The notes beneath the pieces are model-generated. The model had not been told where the DNA came from, made no database searches, and saw only the letters and a list, made by a program, of their open reading frames with translations. A program made the translations under genes and the position numbers. This document shows, piece after piece, positions 52,874 through 61,033 of a DNA stretch of 64,000 nucleotides. The stretch comes from Verrucomicrobiales bacterium (GTDB taxonomy: Bacteria; Verrucomicrobiota; Verrucomicrobiia; Limisphaerales; SXTU01). Within the stretch, counting starts at the first letter, position 1. Each line of letters begins with the position of its first letter. The DNA lies in assembly GCA_005791875.1 (NCBI GenBank), contig SXTU01000291.1, positions 4,138 to 68,137 of the forward strand, written 5' to 3'.

Positions 52874-54088
52874 TTACTTGCCCAGCCCCGCCGCCACCGT
52901 CTCCTGAAACGCCTTGCGGATGTCGGAGGCGTCGCCGTTCGCCATCTTCGCGCGTTGGATCATCAGGATGTAGATCGTCCCGCTCTTCGGGTCACCCCAG
53001 CTTTGCGTCCCGTAAGCGCCGCCGTGGCCGTAGGTGCCGGGCGCGAGCATCGCCGTCACGCCGATGGGTTGCTTTACGACTTGGAAGCCGAAGCCCCAGC
53101 TCATGCCCTCGGTGAAGCCGGTCTTAATCTCGCCGGTCTGCGTGCTCGTGAGCTGCTGGTGCGCGGCGGCGGAGAGGTAGCGCCTGCCGCTGGCCGTGCC
53201 GCCGTTGAGCAGCATCTGGTAGAACTTCGCCATGTCCGCCGCCGTCGAGTAGAGGCCGCCCGCCGGGCTGGCCGTGCGCCAGCGCGCGGTGAGCGGCAGG
53301 CCCTTGAGGAAATAGTTGTCCACCTCGGCCAGGCCCTTGTTCTCCGGGCCGGGCTGGTAGGCCTTCGCCACGCGACGCGCCTGCGCTTCCGTGGGCCAGA
53401 AGGTTGTGTCCTTCATGCCGAGCGGCTTGATGAGCCGCGCGTCGAGGAAGTCCGCGAAGCTCTGCCCGGACACAACCTCGACGATGCGGCCCAGCGTGTT
53501 GATGCCGGGGTTGCTGTATTGCCACTTGCTGCCGGGCTCGAAGGACAGGGGCTGGAGCGCGTAGGCCAGCGTGCGCTCACCGAGCATGAGGTCGCGGCCC
53601 GTCTCGGGAATGTCGCTGTTCAGACCGGCCGTGTGCGTGAGCAGGTCGCCCAACGTGATGCGGCGCGAAGGTTTCTTCAGGACCGTGGCCTCGGCGTTCT
53701 TCGTCGCGAGCAGCATCTGGCCCTTGAACTCCGGCAGGAACTTCTCCACCGCGTCGTCCACGGAGAGCTTGCCCTCGTCCTGCAACATCAGGATGGCGAC
53801 GCCAGTGAGCGGCTTGGTCATCGAGGCGATCCAGAACAAGTCGTCCGTCCGCATCGGCTTCTTCGCCGCGAGATCGGAGTAACCGACGGCGTCAAGCGCG
53901 AGCACCTTGCCGCCGTTCGCCACGAGCGTGACCGCGCCGGCGACGACCTGCTTGTCCACGAACTCCTGCATCCGCGTAGGGATGGCCTTGAGCGGAGCAG
54001 ACGCCGCGTCTGGCTTGGCAGCGGCGAAGGCGGTGGAGAGGACGCAAGGCGCAACGAGCGCGGCGAGGAGGAAATGGCGGCGAATCAT
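52874..54088 (-). CDS. Serine hydrolase (beta-lactamase / PBP4*-type family)
   Basis: Signal MIRRHFLLAALVAPCVLSTAFAAA. S-x-x-K motif FWIASMTKPLTG, and YSN later. Confidence 0.85.
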   Translation of the reverse strand: MIRRHFLLAALVAPCVLSTAFAAAKPDAASAPLKAIPTRMQEFVDKQVVAGAVTLVANGGKVLALDAVGYSDLAAKKPMRTDDLFWIASMTKPLTGVAILMLQDEGKLSVDDAVEKFLPEFKGQMLLATKNAEATVLKKPSRRITLGDLLTHTAGLNSDIPETGRDLMLGERTLAYALQPLSFEPGSKWQYSNPGINTLGRIVEVVSGQSFADFLDARLIKPLGMKDTTFWPTEAQARRVAKAYQPGPENKGLAEVDNYFLKGLPLTARWRTASPAGGLYSTAADMAKFYQMLLNGGTASGRRYLSAAAHQQLTSTQTGEIKTGFTEGMSWGFGFQVVKQPIGVTAMLAPGTYGHGGAYGTQSWGDPKSGTIYILMIQRAKMANGDASDIRKAFQETVAAGLGK

Positions 54089-54146
54089 GGCGGGAGGTTA
54101 GGAAGCGACGGTGAAGCAGGCCAGTCTGTTTTCAGAGGAGGGGGAA

Positions 54147-54214
54147 AGTGTTCAGTGTTCAGTGTTCAGCGGGGCGTGCGGAGGCAGGGCAACTTTCTGA
54201 ACACTGAACACTGC
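54147..54214. repeat. Heptad-word palindrome, AGTGTTC / GAACACT words (copy C2)
   Basis: agtgttc x3, then spacer ggggcgtgcggaggcagggcaactttc, then ctgaacactgaacactgc. The spacer ends resemble those of C1. It fills the gap between the ceramidase-like stop and the hydrolase start. Confidence 0.9.
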
Positions 54215-55633
54215 TTACTTCCCCTTCAGCTCCCCCAGCATCTCCAGCAGCGCCGTGACGATCTTCGTCGAGGCCTGCTCCTCCAACCGGTTCGTTCCCA
54301 TCCACGTCTCGTAACCGCCCAGGCGATGGTGCGCGGGCGTGGGCAGGTAGCCGTAGTAGCCGTTGGCAATCGAGTGCGTGAAGCTCGGCTTGAAGGGATT
54401 GCGCGCCTTCAGTTCCAGTCCCGTCTCCACAAACGTCTCGCACGGAATCCCCGTGAGGCCCACGTCGCCGACGCGCAGCGCCTGAATCGGAATCGCCAGC
54501 CGCGCCGGATACTCCGCCATGCCCAGCGTGCGCTCGGCGTAAATCTCCTCCAGCGTCGCCGGGCGCGGCAGGCTCTTCGGGCGGCCGAGCACTTCCTTCG
54601 CGCGGGCGATTTGCTCGGGCGTCGGGCGGCGTGTGCCGACTTCGAGTTCGCGCAACTGCCCGCCCAGCGGAACCCAGTCGCGATACTGGATGCCTTGCAG
54701 CGCCTTGAACGCGACTGCCGCCACGTCATTGGCCACGAGTTGCATCCGCGCGTAAGGCTCGTCGCGCGTGCCAGGCTTGGAGAAATCAATGTTGTTGATG
54801 TTGCCGCTCGTGCCATTGGCCAGCATCGCGACGAACGCCGGGCGCTGCCGGTCCGCGCCGAGGAGTTGCTGGAGCCGGTCGCAGAACAGCGCGAAGTAAT
54901 CCGCCGAGATGTGCCCGTTGCCGACGCCGCCGACGTAGTGCAGCGAGTAGTTCGCCAGCACCGCGATGGGCCGGCCCTGGGGCGACTGCACGGACACGAG
55001 GCAGATTTCCGGGTCGGTCGGGCCGGAGGGTCGGTCGAGGCTTGGGCTGGCGCGCCCCGGGTTCATCTTCACGAGGTCGTTCGTGCTGCCGAAGGGATTC
55101 ACCGGCATCGTGCCGGGCTTGAGGAACCACCGGCGGTTGAAGACATGGTTCGGTTCCTGCCCCGTCGCCCAGCCGATGCGCGCGGGCGCGAGGTTGTTCA
55201 TCGCGCGGCGCACGCCGTCTGCGATGCGCCGCGCGACGAACTGCTGATACTCATCGAGCGGCGTGTGGATGCGGAAGCGGTTCGTGCCCAGCGCGCTTGT
55301 CGCCGAGTGCGTGTGCGTCGAGGACATGAAGAGATTCGCGCCGGGCAGTCCGGTCTCCTCCGTCACCAGCCGCCGCGCCGCGTCATAGACTTCCCGCGAG
55401 GCCCCGAGCAAGTCGCACACGACGATGGCCAGCCGCGTCTCGCCGTTGTCCAGCGCGAGGCAGCGCGCGTGCAGCTCGTCGTGGATGTGCGTGGAGGGAA
55501 TAGGGTGGAAGCCGCCGATGATGCCGCCGCCGAGCGGGGGCGTGAGGTTGCTCAAGGCCGCGCCGGCACGGAGGATTTGGGGCTTGTCCGCCGCAGTGAC
55601 GGGCAGGGCGATGAGGGAGAGAAACAAAATCAT
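54215..55633 (-). CDS. Neutral/alkaline ceramidase-like hydrolase
   Basis: ATG 55633 (MILFLSLIALPVTAA). LGGGIIGGFHPIPSTHIHDELHARCLALDNGETRLAIVVCDLLG and SSTHTHSA resemble the ceramidase_alk N-domain (from memory). Confidence 0.6.
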   Translation of the reverse strand: MILFLSLIALPVTAADKPQILRAGAALSNLTPPLGGGIIGGFHPIPSTHIHDELHARCLALDNGETRLAIVVCDLLGASREVYDAARRLVTEETGLPGANLFMSSTHTHSATSALGTNRFRIHTPLDEYQQFVARRIADGVRRAMNNLAPARIGWATGQEPNHVFNRRWFLKPGTMPVNPFGSTNDLVKMNPGRASPSLDRPSGPTDPEICLVSVQSPQGRPIAVLANYSLHYVGGVGNGHISADYFALFCDRLQQLLGADRQRPAFVAMLANGTSGNINNIDFSKPGTRDEPYARMQLVANDVAAVAFKALQGIQYRDWVPLGGQLRELEVGTRRPTPEQIARAKEVLGRPKSLPRPATLEEIYAERTLGMAEYPARLAIPIQALRVGDVGLTGIPCETFVETGLELKARNPFKPSFTHSIANGYYGYLPTPAHHRLGGYETWMGTNRLEEQASTKIVTALLEMLGELKGK

Positions 55634-55638
55634 GATGG

Positions 55639-55738
55639 CACCGCAGAGGCGGGACGGACGCAGAGGAGCGGCGGAAGAACTTAGAGATCCGCTCTTCTGG
55701 TTCCAGTCTTCCTCTGCGGCTGTCCCGCCTCTGCGGTG
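55639..55738. repeat. ~100-bp palindrome in the divergent ceramidase-like / esterase intergenic region
   Basis: caccgcagaggcgggacggacgcagagg (55639-55666) pairs with cctctgcggctgtcccgcctctgcggtg (55711-55738). Confidence 0.8.
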
Positions 55739-55813
55739 CAAATCCCCGGCGGTGTAACCAAAGCGGTGGAGGTGAAGTCCAGTCATACGCAAATTCTCTG
55801 TGTTGCTCTCGCC

Positions 55814-57331
55814 ATGAAACGCCTCGCCCTTCTCCTTGTCACGTCTGCATTCCTCACCTTCACCGACGCCGTCGTGCGTGCTGACGTGAAGCTCCCGGCC
55901 ATCTTCGGCGACCACATGGTTCTACAGCGTGACACCGTCGTGCCCGTCTGGGGCACCGCTTCTCCCGGCGAGGAGGTCACCGTGTCCCTTGCTGGACAGA
56001 CTGCGAGCGCGAAGGCCGGCGCGGACGGCAAGTGGTCCGTAAAGCTCACCAAGCTGTCCGCCGCGGGTCCGCACACACTCACGGTGAAGGGCAAAAACAC
56101 CGTGACGCTTTCCGACGTGCTCGTCGGCGAGGTCTGGCTCGGCTCCGGCCAATCCAACATGGCGATGACCGTGAACCGTGCGAAGGACTTCGCCCAGGAG
56201 CAGGGAACTGCGAAATTCCCGCAGGTCCGCATGTTCACCGAGGCGTCCGGCGGGGCTGGCAGCGCGCAGTCCGAGGGCAAAGGCAAGTGGGTCGTCTGCG
56301 CGCCAGAGTCAGTCGGGTCCTTCTCGGCCACGGCATATTTCTTTGGCCGCGAGATTCACAAGGCGCTCGGCGTGCCCGTTGGCCTCATTAACTCCTCCGT
56401 CGGCGGCACGCCCATCGAGTCGTGGATTGCGCCCGGTGCGCAGACGGCGGCACCCGAGTTGAAGGGATTCTTCGAGTCCGCTCGCAACGCGAAGAAGGCC
56501 GTCGACCCCACGCAGGCAAAGGCGAAGTTCGATGCCGACCTCGCCAAGTGGCAGGAGGCAGCGAAGAAAGCGAAGGCCGACGGCAAGCCCGCGCCGAAGC
56601 GTCCACAAGACCCCGTCGCGCTCGCCGAACGCAAGGGCAACGTGGGCGGCCTCTTCAACGGGAAGATTTCCGCGCTCATCCCCTACGCCATTCGCGGCGC
56701 ACTGTGGTATCAGGGCGAGGCAAACTCCGCGCCGGAGAAGGCGCAGTTCTACGAGGCGCAGCTCAAGCTCCTCGTGAGCGACTGGCGGAAGCTCTGGGGC
56801 TACGAGTTTCCGTTCGCGTGGGTGCAGCTCCCCAACTTCGGCGGCGCGGGCCGCGACTGGCCGCTCGTGCGCGAGGCGATGCTCAAGACACTTGCGCTGC
56901 CGAAGACCGGCATGGCCATCACGATAGACATCGGCGAGGAGAAGGACATCCACCCGAAGAACAAACAGGACGTGGGCCGCCGTCTCGCCGTGTGGGCGCT
57001 TGGCTCGGTGTATGGGCAGAAAGTCGCAACGAGCGGCCCGCTTCCCGCGGGCCATCAAGTGCGTGGGAGCGAAATCGTCTTGAGCTTCAAGCACACTGAC
57101 GGGGGCCTCACCGCGAAGGGCGGCGAGCTGAAAGGCTTCGTCATCGCCGGCGCAGATCAGCAGTGGAAGCCCGCGACCGCGCGCATCGAAGGCGACAAAG
57201 TCATCGTCACCAGCGCGGACGTGAAGCAACCCACCGCCGCGCGCTACGCGTGGGAGAACTGGCCGACGTGCAACCTCTTCAACGGTGCCGGTCTGCCCGC
57301 TTCGCCCTTCCGCACGGATGATTGGAAGTAG
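55814..57331 (+). CDS. Sialate O-acetylesterase-like SGNH hydrolase (paralog 2)
   Basis: ATG 55814 (MKRLALLLVTSAF...). It carries VKLPAIFGDHMVLQRD, WLGSGQSNMAMTV and IRGALWYQGEAN, and is collinear with the 46523..48130 protein. Confidence 0.8.
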   Translation: MKRLALLLVTSAFLTFTDAVVRADVKLPAIFGDHMVLQRDTVVPVWGTASPGEEVTVSLAGQTASAKAGADGKWSVKLTKLSAAGPHTLTVKGKNTVTLSDVLVGEVWLGSGQSNMAMTVNRAKDFAQEQGTAKFPQVRMFTEASGGAGSAQSEGKGKWVVCAPESVGSFSATAYFFGREIHKALGVPVGLINSSVGGTPIESWIAPGAQTAAPELKGFFESARNAKKAVDPTQAKAKFDADLAKWQEAAKKAKADGKPAPKRPQDPVALAERKGNVGGLFNGKISALIPYAIRGALWYQGEANSAPEKAQFYEAQLKLLVSDWRKLWGYEFPFAWVQLPNFGGAGRDWPLVREAMLKTLALPKTGMAITIDIGEEKDIHPKNKQDVGRRLAVWALGSVYGQKVATSGPLPAGHQVRGSEIVLSFKHTDGGLTAKGGELKGFVIAGADQQWKPATARIEGDKVIVTSADVKQPTAARYAWENWPTCNLFNGAGLPASPFRTDDWK

Positions 57332-57338
57332 TGGCGCA

Positions 57339-57417
57339 GGTAGGGCGCGTCTGTCCCGGCGCGCCGGTTGGGCTTTCGGATGGTCTGGCGGCGCGCTGGG
57401 GACGGACGCGCCCTACC
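57339..57417. mobile_element. 79-bp TIR element GGTAGGGCGCGTC...GACGCGCCCTACC (copy B2), MITE-like
   Basis: It folds as a ~27-bp imperfect stem and lies between convergent stops (57331 and 57425). It is homologous to 23557-23635. Confidence 0.85.
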
Positions 57418-57424
57418 TCATGAC

Positions 57425-58546
57425 TCAGGGAATCTGCGCTTCCAACAGCATGCCGTCCGCTCCCGCCGTCACCACGCAGAAATCCGCCGGCTGGCCGACC
57501 TCGATTTCGTTGCGCAGGCCCATGAGTTCCGCCGGGCGTTGGGAAAAGTGCGGCCAGACGTCGCGCCAGGATTTGCCGAGCATCTGCGCGGCGCGGGTGA
57601 TGCCATCAACCGGCTTGAGCGCCGAGCCGGCGAAGTTGGGCTTGCCCGGCTGGCGCACGATCTGGTCCGCGCCGACTTCGAGCTCGATGCTGCCAATCGT
57701 GTAGCGGCCCGGCGGCGCGCCGGCGGCGGACATCGCATCCGTCGTGTAGTAGATGCGCTCTGGTGGCAGGGCGCGATGCATGTGCCGGAAGAGCAGCGGC
57801 GAGACGTGGTGCGTGTCCGGAATGAGACTGGGCATGAGACCGGGCGTGTCGAAGACGCGCCAAAGGATGTTGTCGTGCCGGTCAAGCTGCTGCGGAATAC
57901 CGTTGCCCAGATGCGTGAAGCCGCGTGCGCCAGCGGCCACCGCCGCACGCATCGTGTCCGCCGAGACATTCGTGTGCCCCAAGCTCACCACGATGCCAAG
58001 CGAGGTCGAGAGCCGGATGGCTTCGAGCGAACCGCCGCGCTCCGGCGCGAGTGTGAGCAGGACGGGGTCGCAGCCGGTGACGGCGCGCAGTTCGCGGATG
58101 TCGGCCTCGGTCGCATCGCGCATGACGGCGGGATTGTGCGCACCCTTGAAGCCGACTTCCGGGGAGAGAAACGGGCCTTCAATGTGCCAGCCCACCAGTG
58201 CCGTGCGGAGTTCGGGACTTGCATCACGGATCGCCTTCGCCCGGCGCACCCGTGACATGAGCTTGGGCCACTCGTCCGTGATGAGGGTGAAGAAGAAACG
58301 CCCGCAGCCATCACGGCGCATCTGGCGCGCAGCGGAGAGAAGATGCGCCTCGGTGAGATGGTCGTCGCGCTGGAAGTCCACGCCACCGTAGCCGTTGATT
58401 TGGAGGTCAAGCAGCGTGGGCGCGAGCCAAGTGCCGGACATGTCCGCTGGACCGGCGCTGACTTCCGAGATGACGCCGTCGCTCCATTTCAAGCGCAGCG
58501 GCTGGCCGCTAGCGAAGTGGCGTCCGCACATTTGACCGTGGTGCAT
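57425..58546 (-). CDS. nagA: N-acetylglucosamine-6-phosphate deacetylase
   Basis: LDLQINGYGGVDF, GWHIEGPFLS, SLGHTN, and YYTTDAMSAAG. Confidence 0.85.
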   Translation of the reverse strand: MHHGQMCGRHFASGQPLRLKWSDGVISEVSAGPADMSGTWLAPTLLDLQINGYGGVDFQRDDHLTEAHLLSAARQMRRDGCGRFFFTLITDEWPKLMSRVRRAKAIRDASPELRTALVGWHIEGPFLSPEVGFKGAHNPAVMRDATEADIRELRAVTGCDPVLLTLAPERGGSLEAIRLSTSLGIVVSLGHTNVSADTMRAAVAAGARGFTHLGNGIPQQLDRHDNILWRVFDTPGLMPSLIPDTHHVSPLLFRHMHRALPPERIYYTTDAMSAAGAPPGRYTIGSIELEVGADQIVRQPGKPNFAGSALKPVDGITRAAQMLGKSWRDVWPHFSQRPAELMGLRNEIEVGQPADFCVVTAGADGMLLEAQIP

Positions 58547-58594
58547 GGCTGATTCCTAGCGTGAGGAGTGGCGGGGAACGAGCAAAATTCCCAA

Positions 58595-59458
58595 TCAGCC
58601 TGCGCTGCGTTGCAACTGTCGGCGGTAGTCGCGTGGGGTCAGGCGCGTGATCTCGCGGAAGCGGCGGTTGAAGTTCGCGAGGTTGCGGAAGCCGCAGTCC
58701 AGTGCGATGTCGGTGACCTTGCGCTCCTCGTTGGCGAGCAGACGGCACGCGCGGCCAACGCGCAGCTCGTTCACGTATGCGGGCAGCGTCTTGCCGGTGC
58801 GCAGCTTGAAGAAGCGGCTGAACGCGCCCTCGCTCAGGTGCGCCGCGCGCGCAACGGTGGCGCGGTCAATGGTGTCCGTGAGGTGCGTGTGGATGTGCGC
58901 CGTGACGCGAGCCATGCGGCCTTGGTCTTCGCTGGAAAGGCTCGGCACGAAGCCGGCGCTGGCGATGGGCTGGAGTTCGCGCGATTGGGCGAGCGTTTCT
59001 AGAATGCCGAGCAGCTCGGCGATGCGGTTCAAGCCCTTCGCCTCGACCAACCGGTGCAGCCGCTCCGCCGCTGCGTCGCGCGTGCGGCCCGTGACGCGCA
59101 GGCCACGCGCGGCGCGGCGGAGGAGCCGCTTCACGGCCGCTGCCTCGGGGATCTCCAGGAAGTCGCGGCCCAGCAGCGTATCGAGGAAGCGCACGACAAC
59201 GGCGTGGACCGCAGCGCGGCCACCCCCGGCATCCTGCTGCCAGACGTGCGGGAGATTGGAGCCGACCAGCACGAGGTCGCCGGGCCCGAGCGGTGTGATG
59301 TTGTCGCCGACAAGCCGGTAGCCGCTGCTCTTGAGGACGAGGGTGATCTGAAACTCAGGGTGAAAGTGCCACGTCGCGCCGTAGCCCGGCCCGCGCACGA
59401 CCTCGCAGTGGAAGCATTCCCACTGGCGCTGCGGCGTCTGCTCGAAGACGGGTTTCAC
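58595..59458 (-). CDS. AraC-family transcriptional regulator (cupin + HTH)
   Basis: The N-terminal cupin-like half contains WHFHPEFQ. The C-terminal half (LSEGAFSRFFKLRTGKTLPAYVNELRVGRACRLL...DIALDCGFRNLANFNRRF) is AraC-type. Confidence 0.85.
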   Translation of the reverse strand: MKPVFEQTPQRQWECFHCEVVRGPGYGATWHFHPEFQITLVLKSSGYRLVGDNITPLGPGDLVLVGSNLPHVWQQDAGGGRAAVHAVVVRFLDTLLGRDFLEIPEAAAVKRLLRRAARGLRVTGRTRDAAAERLHRLVEAKGLNRIAELLGILETLAQSRELQPIASAGFVPSLSSEDQGRMARVTAHIHTHLTDTIDRATVARAAHLSEGAFSRFFKLRTGKTLPAYVNELRVGRACRLLANEERKVTDIALDCGFRNLANFNRRFREITRLTPRDYRRQLQRSAG

Positions 59459-59553
59459 GTCGTCAGCTTAATGGCGGATCAAGCCAGCCGGAAGCTTCTC
59501 CTGATGGGAGATGGCGGGCTTGCAGTCGGCGGTGGAATGCAGACACTGCGGCC

Positions 59554-59913
59554 ATGCGTCCATTCCAAATCATCTTCACGCCGACCGGGGCCGCCGAGCT
59601 GTCCAAGATGCCCAAGGAGCTGCAGCTCCAGATCCTCGGTGAGTTTCGCGGCCTGCCACAGGAGGTCATCAGCACGGAGCTGGAGCGCTTCGGCAAGCTG
59701 GAGCGCGACGGCCATGTGCTGCACCGCTTCCGCGTGGGCGACTACCGGATCTACTTCGAACGCCACGAGCTGGGCGTGCTGGTGCAGCGCATCCTGAGCA
59801 AGAACTCGCTGAAGGATTTTCTCTTCCGCTCCAGCCTGCCGCTGGGCGAGGACGAGGCGTTGCAGGACAACCCGAAGTTCTGGGAGCTGATGCAGTCGGC
59901 GAAGGCGAAGTAA
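59554..59913 (+). CDS. RelE/ParE-fold toxin-like protein with ~35-aa C-terminal extension
   Basis: IIFTPTGAAELSKMPKELQLQILGEF ... HRFRVGDYRIYFERHELGVLVQRI follows the ParE/RelE pattern (RVGDYRIIY). No adjacent antitoxin ORF is present. Confidence 0.55.
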   Translation: MRPFQIIFTPTGAAELSKMPKELQLQILGEFRGLPQEVISTELERFGKLERDGHVLHRFRVGDYRIYFERHELGVLVQRILSKNSLKDFLFRSSLPLGEDEALQDNPKFWELMQSAKAK

Positions 59914-59915
59914 AG

Positions 59916-59984
59916 GGAAAGTAACTAGTAATTAGTGCTCAGTCCCACTGGGGGCGTGCCTTCACTAAATACTAATCACTTTCC
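59916..59984. repeat. Heptad-word palindrome, AT-rich GTAATTAGTG-type words (copy F2)
   Basis: ggaaagtaactagtaattagtg pairs with cactaaatactaatcactttcc (19 of 22 by hand). It lies between convergent stops 59913 and 59994. Confidence 0.8.
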
Positions 59985-59993
59985 GCCTCCCAC

Positions 59994-60605
59994 TCAGTCC
60001 CCCAGCTCGACGTTCCAGTAGGCGAGGTCGAGGAAGTGTTTCCAACTGTCGTGGTATTCCACGCCGAAGTTGAGCTGCACGAAGGGCCGCCACTTGGGCT
60101 TCTTGGGCTTGCGGATGAGGTGCATGCCACACTCGGACGGCGAATGGTTGCTCTTGCGTGTGTTGCAGGGCACGCAGGAGCACACGATGTTTTCCCAAGT
60201 CGTCGGCCCGCCGCGATCGCGCGGGACGACGTGGTCGAGGTTCAGGTCCTTCCGGTCGAGGGTCTGGCCGCAGTATTGGCAGGTGTTCTTGTCGCGCTCG
60301 AAGATGTTGTGCCGGGTGAACTTCACTTCCTTGCGCGGCAGGCGGTCGAACACCGCGAGCATGATGACGCGCGGCACACGGATCCGGAACGAGATGCCGC
60401 GCACGGACTCCGGGTGCGGCTCGCGGCGTGAGAAGTCTGCCCACTCTGGGAAGTCGTAGGTCTGAAACGCGCCGTCCTGGTCGCCGAGCACCACTTGGGC
60501 GTGGCCTTGAAACAAAAGGGAGAGCGCCCGCCGCGCGGTGCAGATGTTCACTGCCTGCCACAAACGGTTCAGCACGAGCACTGGTTGGTTGAGTAGCGTA
60601 GTCAT
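59994..60605 (-). CDS. HNH endonuclease
   Basis: ATG 60605. CQYCGQTLDRKDLNLDHVVPRDRGGPTTWENIVCSCVPCNTRK. Confidence 0.8.
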   Translation of the reverse strand: MTTLLNQPVLVLNRLWQAVNICTARRALSLLFQGHAQVVLGDQDGAFQTYDFPEWADFSRREPHPESVRGISFRIRVPRVIMLAVFDRLPRKEVKFTRHNIFERDKNTCQYCGQTLDRKDLNLDHVVPRDRGGPTTWENIVCSCVPCNTRKSNHSPSECGMHLIRKPKKPKWRPFVQLNFGVEYHDSWKHFLDLAYWNVELGD

Positions 60606-60754
60606 AACCGCCGCAATGCCCGCGGAAACTAGCAACGCCGCTTCCATCGTGTCAATGGTGGCGAAGCGGCGTTAAGGAGGAAAAACCCGCTTGGAATGGG
60701 GTCGGAACGTGCGTGCCCACCTGGCTGCAGCAGCTCAACTTGGATGGCTCCAGC

Positions 60755-60946
60755 TCACGCGTTGTCCTGCCCCTTCACGCCCTTGCCGTGCTGGCGCTGG
60801 CGGTTGGGGCGGAACGCGCGGTCGGGGCCTTCGGTGCCATTGGCCTCGCCCATGTAGAGGCTCAGGAGATAGGCGCGCTTGGTCTGCTGCGCCTGCTGCT
60901 GGCGGCGACCTCGGATCAGTTCGGCAATTCTGGCAAGCAAGCGCAT
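60755..60946 (-). CDS. Small basic hypothetical protein (63 aa), weak call
   Basis: MRLLARIAELIRGRRQQQAQQTKRAYLL... Third-position GC is gene-like, but the family is not recognisable and a + strand ORF competes. Confidence 0.3.
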   Translation of the reverse strand: MRLLARIAELIRGRRQQQAQQTKRAYLLSLYMGEANGTEGPDRAFRPNRQRQHGKGVKGQDNA

Positions 60947-61033
60947 CGGCTGTCGTGACGACAGCGGCGAGCTTGCGGGAAACCGGGCCTGGCTGAAAGT
61001 GGAAATCCTCAGCCAGCACGATGCAGTTGGAGC

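Noticed and set aside
52591-53115. ORF encoding heptapeptide repeats (H/D)PVxxxC, considered as a RiPP-like precursor
   Set aside because: It has a TTG start with no convincing ribosome-binding site. Third-position GC is far lower than in real genes here. The ORF continues antisense into the serine hydrolase gene. I interpret it as a non-coding 21-nt DNA repeat.
52832-55684. 950-aa + strand ORF
   Set aside because: It runs antisense through two independent minus-strand genes (serine hydrolase, ceramidase-like) and the repeat between them. It cannot be one real gene.
1289-59984. CRISPR array interpretation of the short repeats
   Set aside because: The repeats are tandem 7-mers without unique spacers of constant length. 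They are arranged as inverted arms, and no cas genes are present.
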